From contig NC_000964.3 in NCBI RefSeq assembly GCF_000009045.1, positions 1,950,001-1,982,000 on the forward strand: a stretch of DNA of 32,000 nucleotides, written 5' to 3'. Of the stretch, positions 20,001 to 30,800 are shown one piece after another. The notes beneath the pieces were generated by a model. That model did not search any database. It was not told the origin of the DNA and saw only the letters and a program-made list of their open reading frames with translations. Position 1 is the stretch's first letter; every line of letters begins with the position of its first letter. This DNA is from Bacillus subtilis subsp. subtilis str. 168 (GTDB lineage: Bacteria; Bacillota; Bacilli; Bacillales; Bacillaceae). The translations under genes were made by a program, and so were the position numbers.

Positions 20001-23000
20001 CTATTTGTCTGATTGAGATAGACAATCTCTCCTGTAAATTCCGGAACATGAAGGCCGGCAGACTGAAGCAGGAGAATGTTTGTACCGCTGTCCTCCAGCA
20101 GAAAGCTGATTCGTTCTTCCGGATAATCCGGGTCGATGGGCAGATAAGCGCCGCCAGCTTTAAGAATGCCATAAATGCCAAGCAGCATTTCAGGTGAACG
20201 CTTTCCTATAATGGCAACAGTCGTTTCGGGTTTTACCCCCCGTCCGATCAGCTCCCAGGCGATACGGTTAGCCTGTTCGTTCAATTCTTTATAGGTCATC
20301 ACTCCATCTTCGAAGATAACGGCCGCCTGATCAGGCGTTTTTTCTGCCTGCTGTTCGAGTGCATAGTGGAGCGTTTGATTCATTGAATAGCCCGTCTCCT
20401 CAAACAGATGGCATGATTCAATGAAATCTCGCTCTTCTTCTTTTGTTAAGATTGGAATATTGTCCAATTCTGTTTCAGGACTGGCAGCTGTATGTTCCAC
20501 AAGCGTGGTGAAAAGGCTGGCCCACCTTTGGATGGTTTCTTTCTCAAACAAAGCTGTACTGTATTCAAACTGACAGAAAAGCTCGGAATCATGCTCTGTA
20601 ACGTATAGGGAAATATCAAATTTTGATATTGGGTGCTCCAAGTCGTTCCACTGAAGCTGTACATCATTCATTTTTAGCTTTTGCTGTTCCATATTCTGAA
20701 GGACTAGCGTTGTGTCAAACAAAGGATTCCGGCTCATTTCCCGCTGCACACCGAGTTTGTCCACAAGCTCTTCAAACGGGTAATCCTGATGCTCATACGC
20801 TTCTAGTGCCGTCTGTCTGACTTCTTTCAGAAATTCCTCAAATGTCTTATTACCCGCCGGGCGTGTGCGGAGAGCCAATGTATTGACGAACATCCCAAGA
20901 ACAGCTTCAAGGTCGGCATGGGGCCGTCCGGCGATAGGTGAACCAATCACGATATCATCCTGACCGCTTAACCGAGACAAAAAGGCTGAATACAAAGCGA
21001 GAAGCGTCATATAAAGCGTGCTTCTGTTTTTATGGGCGAGCCGCTTTATGCGGGCCGTGATCTCTTTGTCCAATTGAAAGGTTACTTTTCCGCCTATGAA
21101 TTGCCGTTCTGCCGGACGTCGTTTATCTGTTGGAAGCTCCAGTATAGGAAGGTCCCCGCTAAACTGCTGCTGCCAGTAAGTCTCCTGCTTTTGGTACGAG
21201 TCTCCCTTTTTAAATTTCTGCTGCCATACGGCGTAATCTTTATATTGGATCCGCAATGGCTTAAGCTGCCGGTTTGCATAAAGATCGGTAAATTCTCGGA
21301 TTAGGAGCTGAACGGATACGCCATCTGAAATGATATGGTGCATATCCACCAGCAATACATGCTTCTCGTTTGACACTTCTATAAGGCCTGCTCTAAATAA
21401 TGGCGCCTGGCTGAGATCAAAGGGACGGACAAATCCCTCGATAGTGGTCTCTTTACTTAACGTAAACGGCACTTCGGTGTGGATACGCTGAACCGGCTCG
21501 TCATCAGCTCCGGATACAAAGGAAGTTCGAAGCGGCTCATGCCGGCTGATCAGTTCTTTACATACAGCAGACAGTTTGGCGACATCCAGTGCACCTTCCA
21601 GTTCTAAGACCGCAGGCATGTTATAGGCGACACCCTCATCAAGCTGTTGAAGCACATAGATTCGTTTTTGGGCCGAAGATACAGGATATGTATCCCTTTT
21701 TTCTGCTGGTTCAATTGCTGCATACAGATTTTGTTCTGCCTCTCGAATAATTAAAGCTAATCCTTCAACAGTCGGATGAGCAAAGATGTCCTTAAGTGAA
21801 ACTTGCACATGGAATTCCTTTGCGATCCGTGACATAAGCACTGTTGCTTTTAACGAGTGACCGCCATTGTCAAAAAAGTTGTCTTGGATGCCTATATGCC
21901 CATTCTTTAGCACATCTTCAAATAGTTGCGAAAGCTTTGCCTCTAACAGATTTCGAGGGGCAGTATATGGGTTTCCGCTGATTGAAGCATCTGGCTCCGG
22001 AAGTGCTGCGCGATCTACTTTTCCGTTTGGGGTAAGAGGTATGCTGTCAACCCATATCCATTTCGCCGGAATCATGTATTCTGGGAGCTCACTAGCCATA
22101 TAACTGCGTAAATCTATTGTGTTCAGCTTTTGTACACTGCAATAGTAAGCGCATAATTCATGTTCACCGTTTTGATCTTGCCAGATGAGAATGGCAGCCT
22201 CACTAATGTCCGGATGATTCATTAGCGTGACTTCGATTTCTTGCGGCTCAATTCGATAACCTCTGATTTTCACTTGATTGTCTGCCCGTCCGATATATTC
22301 GATGTTGCCGTCTTCAAGCCGTCTGGCCAAATCACCTGTCCGGTACATGATCACATCAGGCTTGAATGGATCGGATGAAAATTTGTCGCTTGTCAGTTTA
22401 TCGTGATTGACATATCCTCTGGCAACACTTGCGCCGGAAATATAGAGTTCGCCTGGTACGCCGCATGGCTGAAGCTGTTTTTGATGATTCAAAATATATA
22501 GATCAGTACAGCCTATCGGTTTACCGATTGGCGGAAGCTCAGGAATAGGGTCTCCAGGATGAATGGTATACGTAGATACCACATGAGTTTCTGAAGGTCC
22601 GTAATGATTGTGCAGGTGTATGCCGCGTTTACGCAACACATCTTGGAAAAGGTCTGAAATCATTAATTGTTCCCCGGCTGCGATCAGGTGTTTGACGCCA
22701 TCAGGAAACGAGTTCGCAAGTTCTCGCTCGCTGAAAATCATTTTGATAAAAGCAGTTGGGAGAAACACAATATTCGTCTGATGCTTGTTTATAAATGCAA
22801 ACAGCTGAGGCACATCTCTTTTTATGGCTTCTGGCACGATGTGGAGTGTGCCGCCTTTCAGAAGCGCAGAAAATATTTCTTGATAGCAGACGTCGAAGGA
22901 AGGCGTCGCAAATTGCAGAACATCTGCTTCAAAGTCAATGCCGGAGTGAGTATATTCGAACTTCAGCAAGTTAGCCATGTTTCGATGCTCAAATTGAACA

Positions 23001-24856
23001 CCCTTTGGTTTACCTGTTGTGCCTGATGTATAAATCATATACAGCAGATCGTCAGCATTGTTGACTGACTTTATGTTACTGCCGTCTACTTTGCTTTCGA
23101 TATCTTCTGGATGAGTGATAATGTAATTGTCTTCTAACGATGAGGGAAGATGCGCTTGTGAAACAACATGCGAACAGCCGCAATCATGCAGAATATAACG
23201 GATTCTGTCAGCAGGGTAATGCGGATCAACCGGAACAATGGCGCCGCCTGCTTTCAAGATACCAAGAACACCTGTGATAAACGCCGCTGAGCGTTCCATC
23301 ATAATCGCAACGGGTTCCTGTCTCACAACGCCTTTCATTCGTAAATGCCGTGCCAATCTGTTAGCCGCTTTATTCAGTTCTCTGTATGTTAATGAGCAGG
23401 CTTGATCAATTACAGCATGAGCATCTGGTGTCTTTTCCGCTTGCTTTTCAAACATGGCATGGATGGTTTCGTAAACTGGTGTTTGATCTGTGATTTCTCC
23501 AATCAGCTGCCGCTTTTCAGTATCTGTCGTGATATCGATTTCTTCAGGTGGAAGATTCGGATTATTTAAGATTTGTGATACAGCATTCAGAAGATGCTCT
23601 TTGACAGAGAGCACAAAAGACCGATCGTGCTGCTCCGCATCATAGTTCATTTTGATATGAATTTCTTCCCCTGGCGCCACCATAAGATAAAAGCTGTAGT
23701 TGGTTTCATCTGCGACAGTGAAATTATGAATCTGAAAAAGATCAGAAGCATGTTCCTGTTTGTTCAGCATTTGAATCTCTTGCTGCACCGGATAGTTTTC
23801 AAATACGAGAATATGATCAATCAGCCCTTGCTTAACAGCTGAGCGGGATTGAATCTCATATAAAGGGTGGTAGCTGTACGCTTCAGCGGCAAGACGGTCT
23901 TTTTGCATATCTTTTATAAGTTGAAGAAAAGGCGTTTTTGCCCCCTGCACCCGAACCGGCATCGTATTAATGAAAAGACCTACCATATGTTCAATGCCTT
24001 CGATTTCTGCGGGTCTTCCTGAAATGACAGAACCGAATACGGCGTCATCGTTATTATTATATTTTTGCAGCAGAATGCCCCAAATGGTATGAAAAATCGT
24101 ACTGAGTGTCACTTCTTCTCTAGCAGCAAGCTCTGAAAGCCTGCTGCTTTCTTCCTTAGAGAATGAAAATGTAACGTGTTCCTGCCTGCTTTTTCCCTTT
24201 GTTTTTTTCTGCTTCGGGAGCACGGTTTGCTGTTCGTGGCCGGAAAGATAATGATCCCAATAAGAAACCGCCTGCTCTTTGTCTTGCTCCATCAGCCATT
24301 TGATATACTTTCCGTATGGCTGGACCGGCTCCAATGTTATTGGGGATGCATTTACATAAGATGCGTAAATATGCAGAAACTCCTTTAGCACAATGCTGAG
24401 GCACCAACCGTCCATCATGATATGATGAAAGGTCCAAATGCAAGAGTACTGGCTCTCTCCTGTTTGAATCAGAGCGATGCGCATGAGCACATCCTTTTGC
24501 AAATGAAACCCCCGGTCCCGGTCCTTTTCTTTCCATTGCTCGATAAACTGTGATTGCTCCGCCTCGTTTAAATGAGTAATGTCTTCTTCCAGTACGATGA
24601 CATTTCGTTCTCTCAGAACAACCTGCTGGGGGGAGGAAACATTTTGGCTGATAAAAATCGTTCTGAAAATATCATGTCTTTCTACAAGAGCGTTGATGCT
24701 GTTTTGAAAAAACTGCGGGTTGACTTTTCCTTCTATTGTAAAAGAAGCTTGCTCAACATACGCCTGTGAATCTTTTTGCAGGAGGGAATGGAAAAGCATC
24801 CCTTCCTGCATGTAAGACAGCGGATAAATATCCTGAATTGAATTCGCTTTTGTCAT
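14045..24856 (-). CDS. ppsD: Plipastatin/fengycin synthetase subunit D: C-A(Pro)-T-C-A(Gln)-T-C-A(Tyr)-T-E, 3603 aa
   Basis: Single uninterrupted ORF with three adenylation domains ([42 protein letters not shown]), carriers GGHSLKA, GGHSLKA and GGDSIKA, and a C-terminal E-type domain ([38 protein letters not shown]). AGGAG RBS is 8 nt from ATG 24856; the ORF-track start (24874) precedes the RBS. Confidence 0.96.
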   Translation of the reverse strand: MTKANSIQDIYPLSYMQEGMLFHSLLQKDSQAYVEQASFTIEGKVNPQFFQNSINALVERHDIFRTIFISQNVSSPQQVVLRERNVIVLEEDITHLNEAEQSQFIEQWKEKDRDRGFHLQKDVLMRIALIQTGESQYSCIWTFHHIMMDGWCLSIVLKEFLHIYASYVNASPITLEPVQPYGKYIKWLMEQDKEQAVSYWDHYLSGHEQQTVLPKQKKTKGKSRQEHVTFSFSKEESSRLSELAAREEVTLSTIFHTIWGILLQKYNNNDDAVFGSVISGRPAEIEGIEHMVGLFINTMPVRVQGAKTPFLQLIKDMQKDRLAAEAYSYHPLYEIQSRSAVKQGLIDHILVFENYPVQQEIQMLNKQEHASDLFQIHNFTVADETNYSFYLMVAPGEEIHIKMNYDAEQHDRSFVLSVKEHLLNAVSQILNNPNLPPEEIDITTDTEKRQLIGEITDQTPVYETIHAMFEKQAEKTPDAHAVIDQACSLTYRELNKAANRLARHLRMKGVVRQEPVAIMMERSAAFITGVLGILKAGGAIVPVDPHYPADRIRYILHDCGCSHVVSQAHLPSSLEDNYIITHPEDIESKVDGSNIKSVNNADDLLYMIYTSGTTGKPKGVQFEHRNMANLLKFEYTHSGIDFEADVLQFATPSFDVCYQEIFSALLKGGTLHIVPEAIKRDVPQLFAFINKHQTNIVFLPTAFIKMIFSERELANSFPDGVKHLIAAGEQLMISDLFQDVLRKRGIHLHNHYGPSETHVVSTYTIHPGDPIPELPPIGKPIGCTDLYILNHQKQLQPCGVPGELYISGASVARGYVNHDKLTSDKFSSDPFKPDVIMYRTGDLARRLEDGNIEYIGRADNQVKIRGYRIEPQEIEVTLMNHPDISEAAILIWQDQNGEHELCAYYCSVQKLNTIDLRSYMASELPEYMIPAKWIWVDSIPLTPNGKVDRAALPEPDASISGNPYTAPRNLLEAKLSQLFEDVLKNGHIGIQDNFFDNGGHSLKATVLMSRIAKEFHVQVSLKDIFAHPTVEGLALIIREAEQNLYAAIEPAEKRDTYPVSSAQKRIYVLQQLDEGVAYNMPAVLELEGALDVAKLSAVCKELISRHEPLRTSFVSGADDEPVQRIHTEVPFTLSKETTIEGFVRPFDLSQAPLFRAGLIEVSNEKHVLLVDMHHIISDGVSVQLLIREFTDLYANRQLKPLRIQYKDYAVWQQKFKKGDSYQKQETYWQQQFSGDLPILELPTDKRRPAERQFIGGKVTFQLDKEITARIKRLAHKNRSTLYMTLLALYSAFLSRLSGQDDIVIGSPIAGRPHADLEAVLGMFVNTLALRTRPAGNKTFEEFLKEVRQTALEAYEHQDYPFEELVDKLGVQREMSRNPLFDTTLVLQNMEQQKLKMNDVQLQWNDLEHPISKFDISLYVTEHDSELFCQFEYSTALFEKETIQRWASLFTTLVEHTAASPETELDNIPILTKEEERDFIESCHLFEETGYSMNQTLHYALEQQAEKTPDQAAVIFEDGVMTYKELNEQANRIAWELIGRGVKPETTVAIIGKRSPEMLLGIYGILKAGGAYLPIDPDYPEERISFLLEDSGTNILLLQSAGLHVPEFTGEIVYLNQTNSGLAHRLSNPNVDVLPQSLAYVIYTSGSTGMPKGVEIEHRSAVNFLNSLQSRYQLKHSDMIMHKTSYSFDASIWELFWWPYAGASVYLLPQGGEKEPEVIAKAIEEQKITAMHFVPSMLHAFLEHIKYRSVPIKTNRLKRVFSGGEQLGTHLVSRFYELLPNVSITNSYGPTEATVEAAFFDCPPHEKLERIPIGKPVHHVRLYLLNQNQRMLPVGCIGELYIAGAGVARGYLNRPALTEERFLEDPFYPGERMYKTGDVARWLPDGNVEFLGRTDDQVKIRGYRIEPGEIEAALRSIEGVREAAVTVRTDSGEPELCAYVEGLQRNEVRAQLERLLPGYMVPAYMIEMEQWPVTPSGKLDRNALPAPGGAADAETYTAPRNVTEMKLSQLWEDVLKNGPVGIHDNFFDRGGHSLKATALVSRITKEFDVQVPLKDVFAHPTVEGLATVIREGTDSPYEAIKPAEKQETYPVSSAQKRIYVLQQLEDGGTGYNMPAVLELEGKLNPERMDRAFQELIKRHESLRTSFEQDEGGDPVQRIHDEVPFTLQTTVLGARTEQEAAAAFIKPFDLSQAPLFRAQIVKVSDERHLLLVDMHHIISDGVSVNILIQEFGELYNNRKLPALRIQYKDYAVWQEGFKTGDAYKMQEAYWLKQLEGELPVLDLPADHARPPVRSFAGDKVSFTLEPEVASGLHKLARENGSTLYMVLLAAYTAFLSRLSGQEDIIVGSPIAGRPHKDLEPILGMFVNTLALRTRPEGGKPFVQYLQEVRETALEAFEHQNYPFEELVDKLELTRDMSRNPVFDAMLVVQNNDYEPLHLHDLQMKPAQVSHLVSKFDLTLQASEGDGNIHFLFEYSTALFEKTTIERWASHLTNVLSIIGKNPKVTLNHIDILTQEERHQLLNEFNTGQANQYGVQTISQLFEQQAARTPKASALVSGDKTLTYQELDEWSNGIARALRSRGVKPDTPVGIMMHRSFSMIASILGVWKAGGCYVPIDPEYPKERKRYILSDSGTKLLMTINEADLGVLADFEGEILTIESVEEDDKSPLPQMSSAHHLAYIIYTSGTTGRPKGVMVEHKGIANTLQWRRNAYAFNETDTILQLFSFSFDGFITSMFTPLLSGAKAVLLHEEEAKDILAIKHQLSRQRITHMIIVPVLYRALLDVVQPEDVKTLRVVTLAGEAADRELIARSLAICPHTELANEYGPTENSVATTVMRHMEKQAYVSIGQPIDGTQVLILNSNHQLQPIGVAGELCIAGTGLARGYVNLPELTERAFTQNPFKPEARMYRTGDAARWMADGTLEYLGRIDDQVKIRGYRVETKEIESVIRCIKGVKDAAVVAHVTASGQTELSAYVVTKPGLSTNAVRSELQNKLPVFMHPAFIEKLDSLPLSPNGKLDRGALPKPVYNHEGERPFLPPSSKMEQILADIWKEVLGAEKIGTADSFFELGGDSIKALQVSARLHRIGKQMAVKDLFSHPTIQELAAYIRDSDTSSSQAAVEGDVQWSPVQKWFLSQDIKEKHHFNQSVMLHRSTSVQEDALRKTLKAITCHHDALRMVFTQNEQGKWDQYNRPLSHSDDALYGLQMIDLSAPDGTDGNRPYEPLIKRHVLDIQQKMDLKNGPLLQAGLFHTIDGDFLFLSAHHLVVDGISWRVLLEDLALGYRQAAGGEDIKLPPKTSSFKAYAKKLSDYAESQQLMKQLKYWREAEEYQTEALPFDQIDGTRAHEGQRSTISFTLNDKETAALLKDANSAYNTDTQDMLLASVILALRHWTNQSAFKLSLEGHGREDVLKGIDVSRTIGWFTAIYPLLIKLNADLPDSEESMVHVLKTTKDTLRRVPDKGFGYGVIKYLTPPGKKDINFTGAPEISFNYLGQFESGRTAEVPEEDAFSFSPLGAGGDISTTWNREQSLDISAIAAEGKLTVNMTYDNARFQRKTIEQLSETCRQFLLQLIEHCQNKSETEKTISDFDDQELTEDALQEIADMLSFH
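17612..19350 (-). repeat. Copy 1 (ppsD) of a ~1.73 kb near-identical direct repeat covering 3' part of A8, carrier T8 and most of C9
   Basis: Aligns to 28394-30132 at a constant offset of 10,782 nt with no indel noticed. About 17 amino-acid differences over ~578 residues by eye. Similarity falls sharply at both ends. Confidence 0.9.
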
Positions 24857-24880
24857 GTTCATGTCTCCTGTCACGATTTT

Positions 24881-27800
24881 CTACAATTCTTCCACCAAGC
24901 TGGATATGCTGTCCAAGTCCTCTGCCGTTAATGATTGACTGCTGAAATCGCTCAGTGTCTTTTCTGCTTTCTGTTGACCGGCGCAGTGTTTCATAATGTC
25001 CAGCAAAAAGTGTTCAATCCTGTTAATAAGCTGTTCCATTGTGTTTCTGTGAAAGCGGGCTGGCGGATAACTAAGATTGAAATGGAGCTTTTTGTCTGCT
25101 GCCATTGCACTCATCTCGATGATTTGCTCGCGCTTCCATGTATGAGTGATATCCTTTCCGCTACCAAGGCTTGATGGGCGGAAGGTGTCCTGTCTTTCGA
25201 TGTCGTTGAACTGGCCCAAATAGTTAAAGCTGATTTCAGGTGTTTTTGAAAACGTAATGCTTTTATTTTCAGGGTGTGTAAGGTATTTCAGCATACCGTA
25301 ACCTACCCCTTTGTTTGGTATCCGGCCCAGTGTATCTTTAACGGTTTTTACTGAGGTTCCGAGCTCATCCCTATGATTTTCAAAGCTTATGAGGGCCGGG
25401 TACATGGATGTAAACCAGCCGACCGTCCTGCTTATATCTAACTCTGGCAGAATGTGTTCTCTCCCGTGTCCTTCCATAGCGATACGGAGCTTGCTTCCTC
25501 CTGTCCATTCACAAATCGCCAAGGATGCTGCGGTTAACAGAATATCTTGTGTATCTGTGCCATAGGCGTGATTGACGTTTTGCAGCAAGACGGCGGTGTC
25601 TGCTTCAGTCAGTGAAAAGCTTAATGAGTCCCTTTTGCTGAAGTCGATGTTCACATGATGCGGTATTTCATAGGGCAGTTCTGCGGCTTGCTGTTCTTCT
25701 ACACTTCGCCAATACGCCTCTTCGCGAATCAGCTTACTGCTTTGGGCATATTCCTGTATGCGTCTTGCGTATTCCTGGTAGGAATCCGTTTTAGGCGGAA
25801 GCTGGATCGTCTGGCCTGCAGCAGCTTGTTGATATCCGGCTGACAAATCCTCCAGCAAAATCCGCCATGAGACACCATCAACGACAAGGTGATGGATCGC
25901 AAGGAACAAGTAATCTCCGGTCAGTGTTTTAAACAAAGCGGCGTGCAACAATGGTCCTTCCTGCAAATTGATGCTTTGCTGAAGATCGGCAACTTCTTGT
26001 TTGATTTTCGTCTCCCAGCCGCTTTCTGACTGTGAAAGATCAGAGATTCTTAAGCTGTATAGCTGTGACTCATGAATGCCTTGGTTGATTTGAATCCATC
26101 GCCTGTCATCGTTGCGATAAACCATCCGAAGCGCATCATGATGCTCCGCCAGTTTTTTCAAGGCTGGTCTAAGGGCGTTTTCAGACAAACGTCCAGAATG
26201 GAATAGCATGACAGACTGATTGAAATGGTGTCTTTCTTCAATATCTTGTGAAAAAAACCATTGCTGAACAGGCGTCCAAGGAACGTCACCCTGAATGGGT
26301 CCTTGCTCTATGATTCTCTCTGACTTACGGATAAATGGTGATAAGTCCTTTATCTTTGGATGACGGAATAAATCACTTACCTGCAAGCTTAGTCCATAGC
26401 GCCCAAGGCGTGCAGAAACTTGAAGGGCTTTGATTGAATCTCCGCCCAATTCAAAAAACGAATCCTCTATTCCGATCCTCTGGATGCCTAGAACCTCCTG
26501 CCAGATCAATGCCAGCTGCTCTTCAAGTTCGTTGCGTGGCGGGATGTATGTTTGTTTAGATGCGACATCTGGTTCAGGCAGTGCTTTCCGGTTCAATTTG
26601 CCGTTTGATGTGAGCGGAAGAGTCTCCATTTCAATGATATACGCCGGGATCATATAGTTTGGCAGCGAACGCGCGAGAAGAGAACGCACTTGTTCAGCAT
26701 TCGTGCCTGCTTTTACGCTGATATAGCCAAACAGCTCTTTGCTCCCGGTCTGGGCTGTACGTGCTAACACTGCGGCTTCTTTGACCCCGTCTATTTGACG
26801 AAGTGCTGTTTCGATTTCACCCAGCTCCACCCGATAGCCTCTGACTTTTACTTGATCATCAATACGGCCAACGTACTCAATTGTGCCATCGGAAAGCCAG
26901 CGCGCCAGATCACCTGTGCGATACAGTCGATCGCCAGGTGCAAATGGATGTGGGACAAATTTCTCTTTCGTTAAATCAGGACGGCCCAAATATCCTCTGG
27001 CGACGCCATCTCCGCCGACACAAAGTTCACCGACAGCTCCGACCGGCTGCAGCACTCCCCATTGATTTAAGATAAAAGCGGTGGAATTACCAACCGGCCG
27101 CCCGATCGGAATGGAAAGTTCATATGTTTTTTGAATGTGAAGGCATGTCGAAAAAGTTGTATTTTCGGTAGGGCCATATCCATTCCATATAGATACTTCA
27201 GGGCAGACATTTCTGATTCGATTGACGTGGCTCGGCGACAAAGCTTCTCCGCCAATAATCAAATGTTTCAGCTGTGAAAATGTTTGTTCATTTTGCTCTG
27301 TCAAATGATTGAATAGAGAAGATGTCAGCCAAATCGTTGTGATTCCTTGATGTTCTATGTACCTCTTAAGCTGATGGGAATCGAGAAATGTTTGTTGATC
27401 GGACAGATGCAAAGCGGCACCATTTAGCAGCGGTCCGAAAATTTCAAATGACCCAACGTCGAAACCGATTGATGATGTCATCAGAAGGCGGTCTTCAGGT
27501 GTAAATGTAATATAATTGCTGTTTTTAACAAGACGAATTACACTTCGCTGCTCAATCATGACACCCTTTGGTTTACCGGTTGATCCAGAGGTATAAATGA
27601 TATATGCAAGTGAATGGGGCCCTGCTGAAGATTCAACGTTCTTCGCCTCTCCTTGCTTTTGAATATCTTCGATTATGATTTGTTCACATTCAATGCCTAA
27701 TAGCCGTTTTTCTGTTTTTTCAGATTGAAGGAGTAATGCTGCCCTGCTGTCAGACAGCATATAAGCTATGCGTTCAACAGGCAGATTAGAATCGATAGGC

Positions 27801-30800
27801 AGATAGGCTCCCCCGGCTTTTAGAATGCCCAGCATTCCTGCAATGAGTTCTGGTGTTCTGCCTGTCAACAAGGCTACAACACTATCAGGCCCTACGCCCT
27901 TTATCTGTAGAACTGAGGCAATTTGATTTGCCCAGCTGTTCAGGTCCTCGTAAGTGAATACTTGGGTGTCGCTGACAATTGCTACAGCATTAGGTGTTTG
28001 TTCTGCCTGCATTTCAAAGAGTCTGCTGATGGTTTCATTTCTTGGATAATCTATTTTTGTACGATTGAGCTCGTGGATAAGGTAATGGGCCTCATCCTCA
28101 TTCAGGATATTTATTGTTCCGAGAGCGGCTTTGTTGTCTTTGATGATGGAGAGTAACATATTGTTGAAGTATTGAAGCCACTTTTCTATCGTTTTTTTCT
28201 TATATAAGTCAGTACTAAACTCCATTTGGAACGTCAGCAAACCGCGGGGCTGTTCCTGGGCATATAGGGTTAAATCAAATTTGGACGTTTGATGCCCATT
28301 GTTTGCTGCAGGTTTGAGACAAAGTTCATCCAGCTCCAACGATTCCTGATCCATATTTTGAAGAACAAACATTACGTCAAACAGCGGATTTCTGCTCATA
28401 TCTCGTGTCAATTCAAGCTTATCAACAAGCTCTTCGAACGGGTAATCTTGGTGCTCAAAGGCTTCCATTGCTGTCTCGCGCACTTCCTGCAAGTACTGTA
28501 CAAACGGCTTCCCGCCCTCCGGGCGCGTCCGAAGCGCCAGCGTGTTCACAAACATGCCGAGTATCGGCTCAAGATCCTTGTGCGGCCGGCCGGCAATTGG
28601 CGAGCCGACGATGATATCTTCCTGTCCGCTTAAGCGTGACAAGAACGCGGTGTAAGCTGCAAGGAGCACCATGTACAGTGTGCTTCCGTTTTCTCGTGCC
28701 AGCTTGTAAAGGCCTGATGTAACCTCTTGATCCAGCGTAAATGAGACCTTGTCACCCGCGAAGCTTCGCATCGGCGGGCGGGCATGATCAGCCGGAAGAT
28801 CCAGCACAGGCAGCTCGCCCTCGAGCTGCTTCAGCCAGTACGCCCCCTGCGTTTTGTACGCGTCTCCTGTTTTGAATCCTTCTTGCCATACGGCATAATC
28901 TTTATATTGAATGCGCAGTGCCGGAAGCTTCCGATTATTGTACAGTTCGCCGAATTCCCGAATCAGAATGTTGACGGAAACACCGTCTGAAATGATGTGA
29001 TGCATATCAACCAGCAACAGGTGCCGCTCATCTGATACCTTTACGATTTGGGCACGGAACAGCGGCGCTTGGCTGAGATCAAACGGTTTGATAAATGCGG
29101 CTGCGGCCTCCTCTTCGGTTCGTGCGCCGAGAACTGTAGTCTGTAACGTAAACGGCACCTCGTCATGGATGCGCTGCACCGGGTCGCCTCCTGCGTCCTG
29201 TTCGAAGGCGGTCCGAAGCGACTCGTGGCGCTTGATCAGCTCTTTGAAAGCTCTGTCCATCCTTTCAAGGTTGAGCTTCCCTTCGAGCTCTAACACAGCC
29301 GGCATATTGTAGCCTGTCCCTCCGTCCTCCAGCTGCTGAAGGACATAAATCCGCTTTTGGGCAGAGGAAACCGGATAGGTTTCCTGTTTTTCAGCGGGCT
29401 TAATCGCTTCATATGGACTGTCCGTTCCTTCACGGATAACGGTAGCCAGTCCTTCTACCGTCGGATGGGCAAACACATCTTTTAGCGGCACCTGTACATC
29501 GAATTCTTTGGCGATCCGTGAGACAAGCGCCGTTGCTTTTAAGGAATGTCCCCCGCGGTCAAAAAAGTTGTCGTGAATCCCGACAGGGCCATTTTTCAGC
29601 ACGTCCTCCCACAGCTGAGAAAGCTTCATCTCAGTCACGTTTCTCGGCGCCGTGTAGGTCTCCGCATCTGCCGCTCCGCCAGGAGCTGGCAGGGCGTTTC
29701 GGTCGAGCTTTCCGCTTGGTGTAACCGGCCACTGTTCCATTTCTATCATATAGGCTGGGACCATGTAGCCCGGCAACAGTCTCTGAAGCTGTGCACGCAC
29801 TTCGTTTCTTTGGAGCCCTTCTACATAAGCGCATAATTCCGGCTCGCCGCTGTCTGTCCGTACGGTAACGGCCGCCTCCCTTACGCCTTCTATGCTTCTT
29901 AGTGCCGCTTCAATCTCTCCCGGCTCAATCCGGTAGCCGCGGATTTTCACCTGATCATCCGTGCGCCCGAGGAATTCAACATTCCCGTCAGGGAGCCAGC
30001 GCGCCACATCCCCGGTTTTGTACATGCGTTCCCCCAGGTAAAACGGGTCTTCAAGAAAACGCTCCTCCGTTAATGCCGGCCGATTCAAATAACCTCTGGC
30101 AACACCCGCTCCGGCAATGTATAGTTCGCCGGCGACACCGGAAGGCTGTACGGCTAAATGCGGATCTAAAACATACAAACGCGCACCAGGTACGGGCTTC
30201 CCAATCGGAATCCGCAAACGGTCTCTGTCCCGTTCTGGATCTAACACGTAAAATGCCGCGTCTACCGTGGCTTCTGTCGGCCCGTAGCCATGGATTAATG
30301 ATACCTGCGGCAATACAGAAGCAAAACGGGCTGCCGTACGCGGCGCAAGCGGTTCACCTCCGGCGAATACACGCTTTAGGCTTGTCCTGTCACTCAGCCT
30401 TTCGATTTCCGCTTGATCGAGAAAGCTGTTCAGCATAGCCGGAATAAAATGAGCCGTTGTCACGTTTTCCTGATGAATGGCTTGTACGATCAATGCGGAG
30501 TCTTTTTCCCAGCCGGGCGGAAGCAGATACGCCGAAGCACCGGAAAGAGCCCACCAAAACAGCTGCCACACAGACGCATCAAAGGAAAAAGAGGTTTTCA
30601 CCATGACAATGTCATCTTCCGAAAGCCGAAACTGGTGCTGCATGCCGGTCAGAAAGGAAACAGCCTGGCGGTGCTCAACGGCCACTCCTTTCGGCTGCCC
30701 GGTAGAGCCCGATGTATAGATGACATAGGCGAGAGATCCGTCGCTAACAGAAGCAGACACATGACGTTTTACTTCTTCACACTCAAGAGATGTCATGTCC

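Noticed and set aside
28289-28633. 114 aa plus-strand ORF, partly duplicated at 17669..17851
   Set aside because: The duplication is explained by the ppsC/ppsD direct repeat, not by a conserved antisense gene.
29902-30438. 178 aa plus-strand ORF antisense to ppsC
   Set aside because: Lies wholly opposite the well-supported A5 domain. Low-complexity, Arg/Ser/Pro-rich translation typical of antisense frames of GC-richer NRPS DNA; a parallel frame recurs in the ppsD repeat copy.
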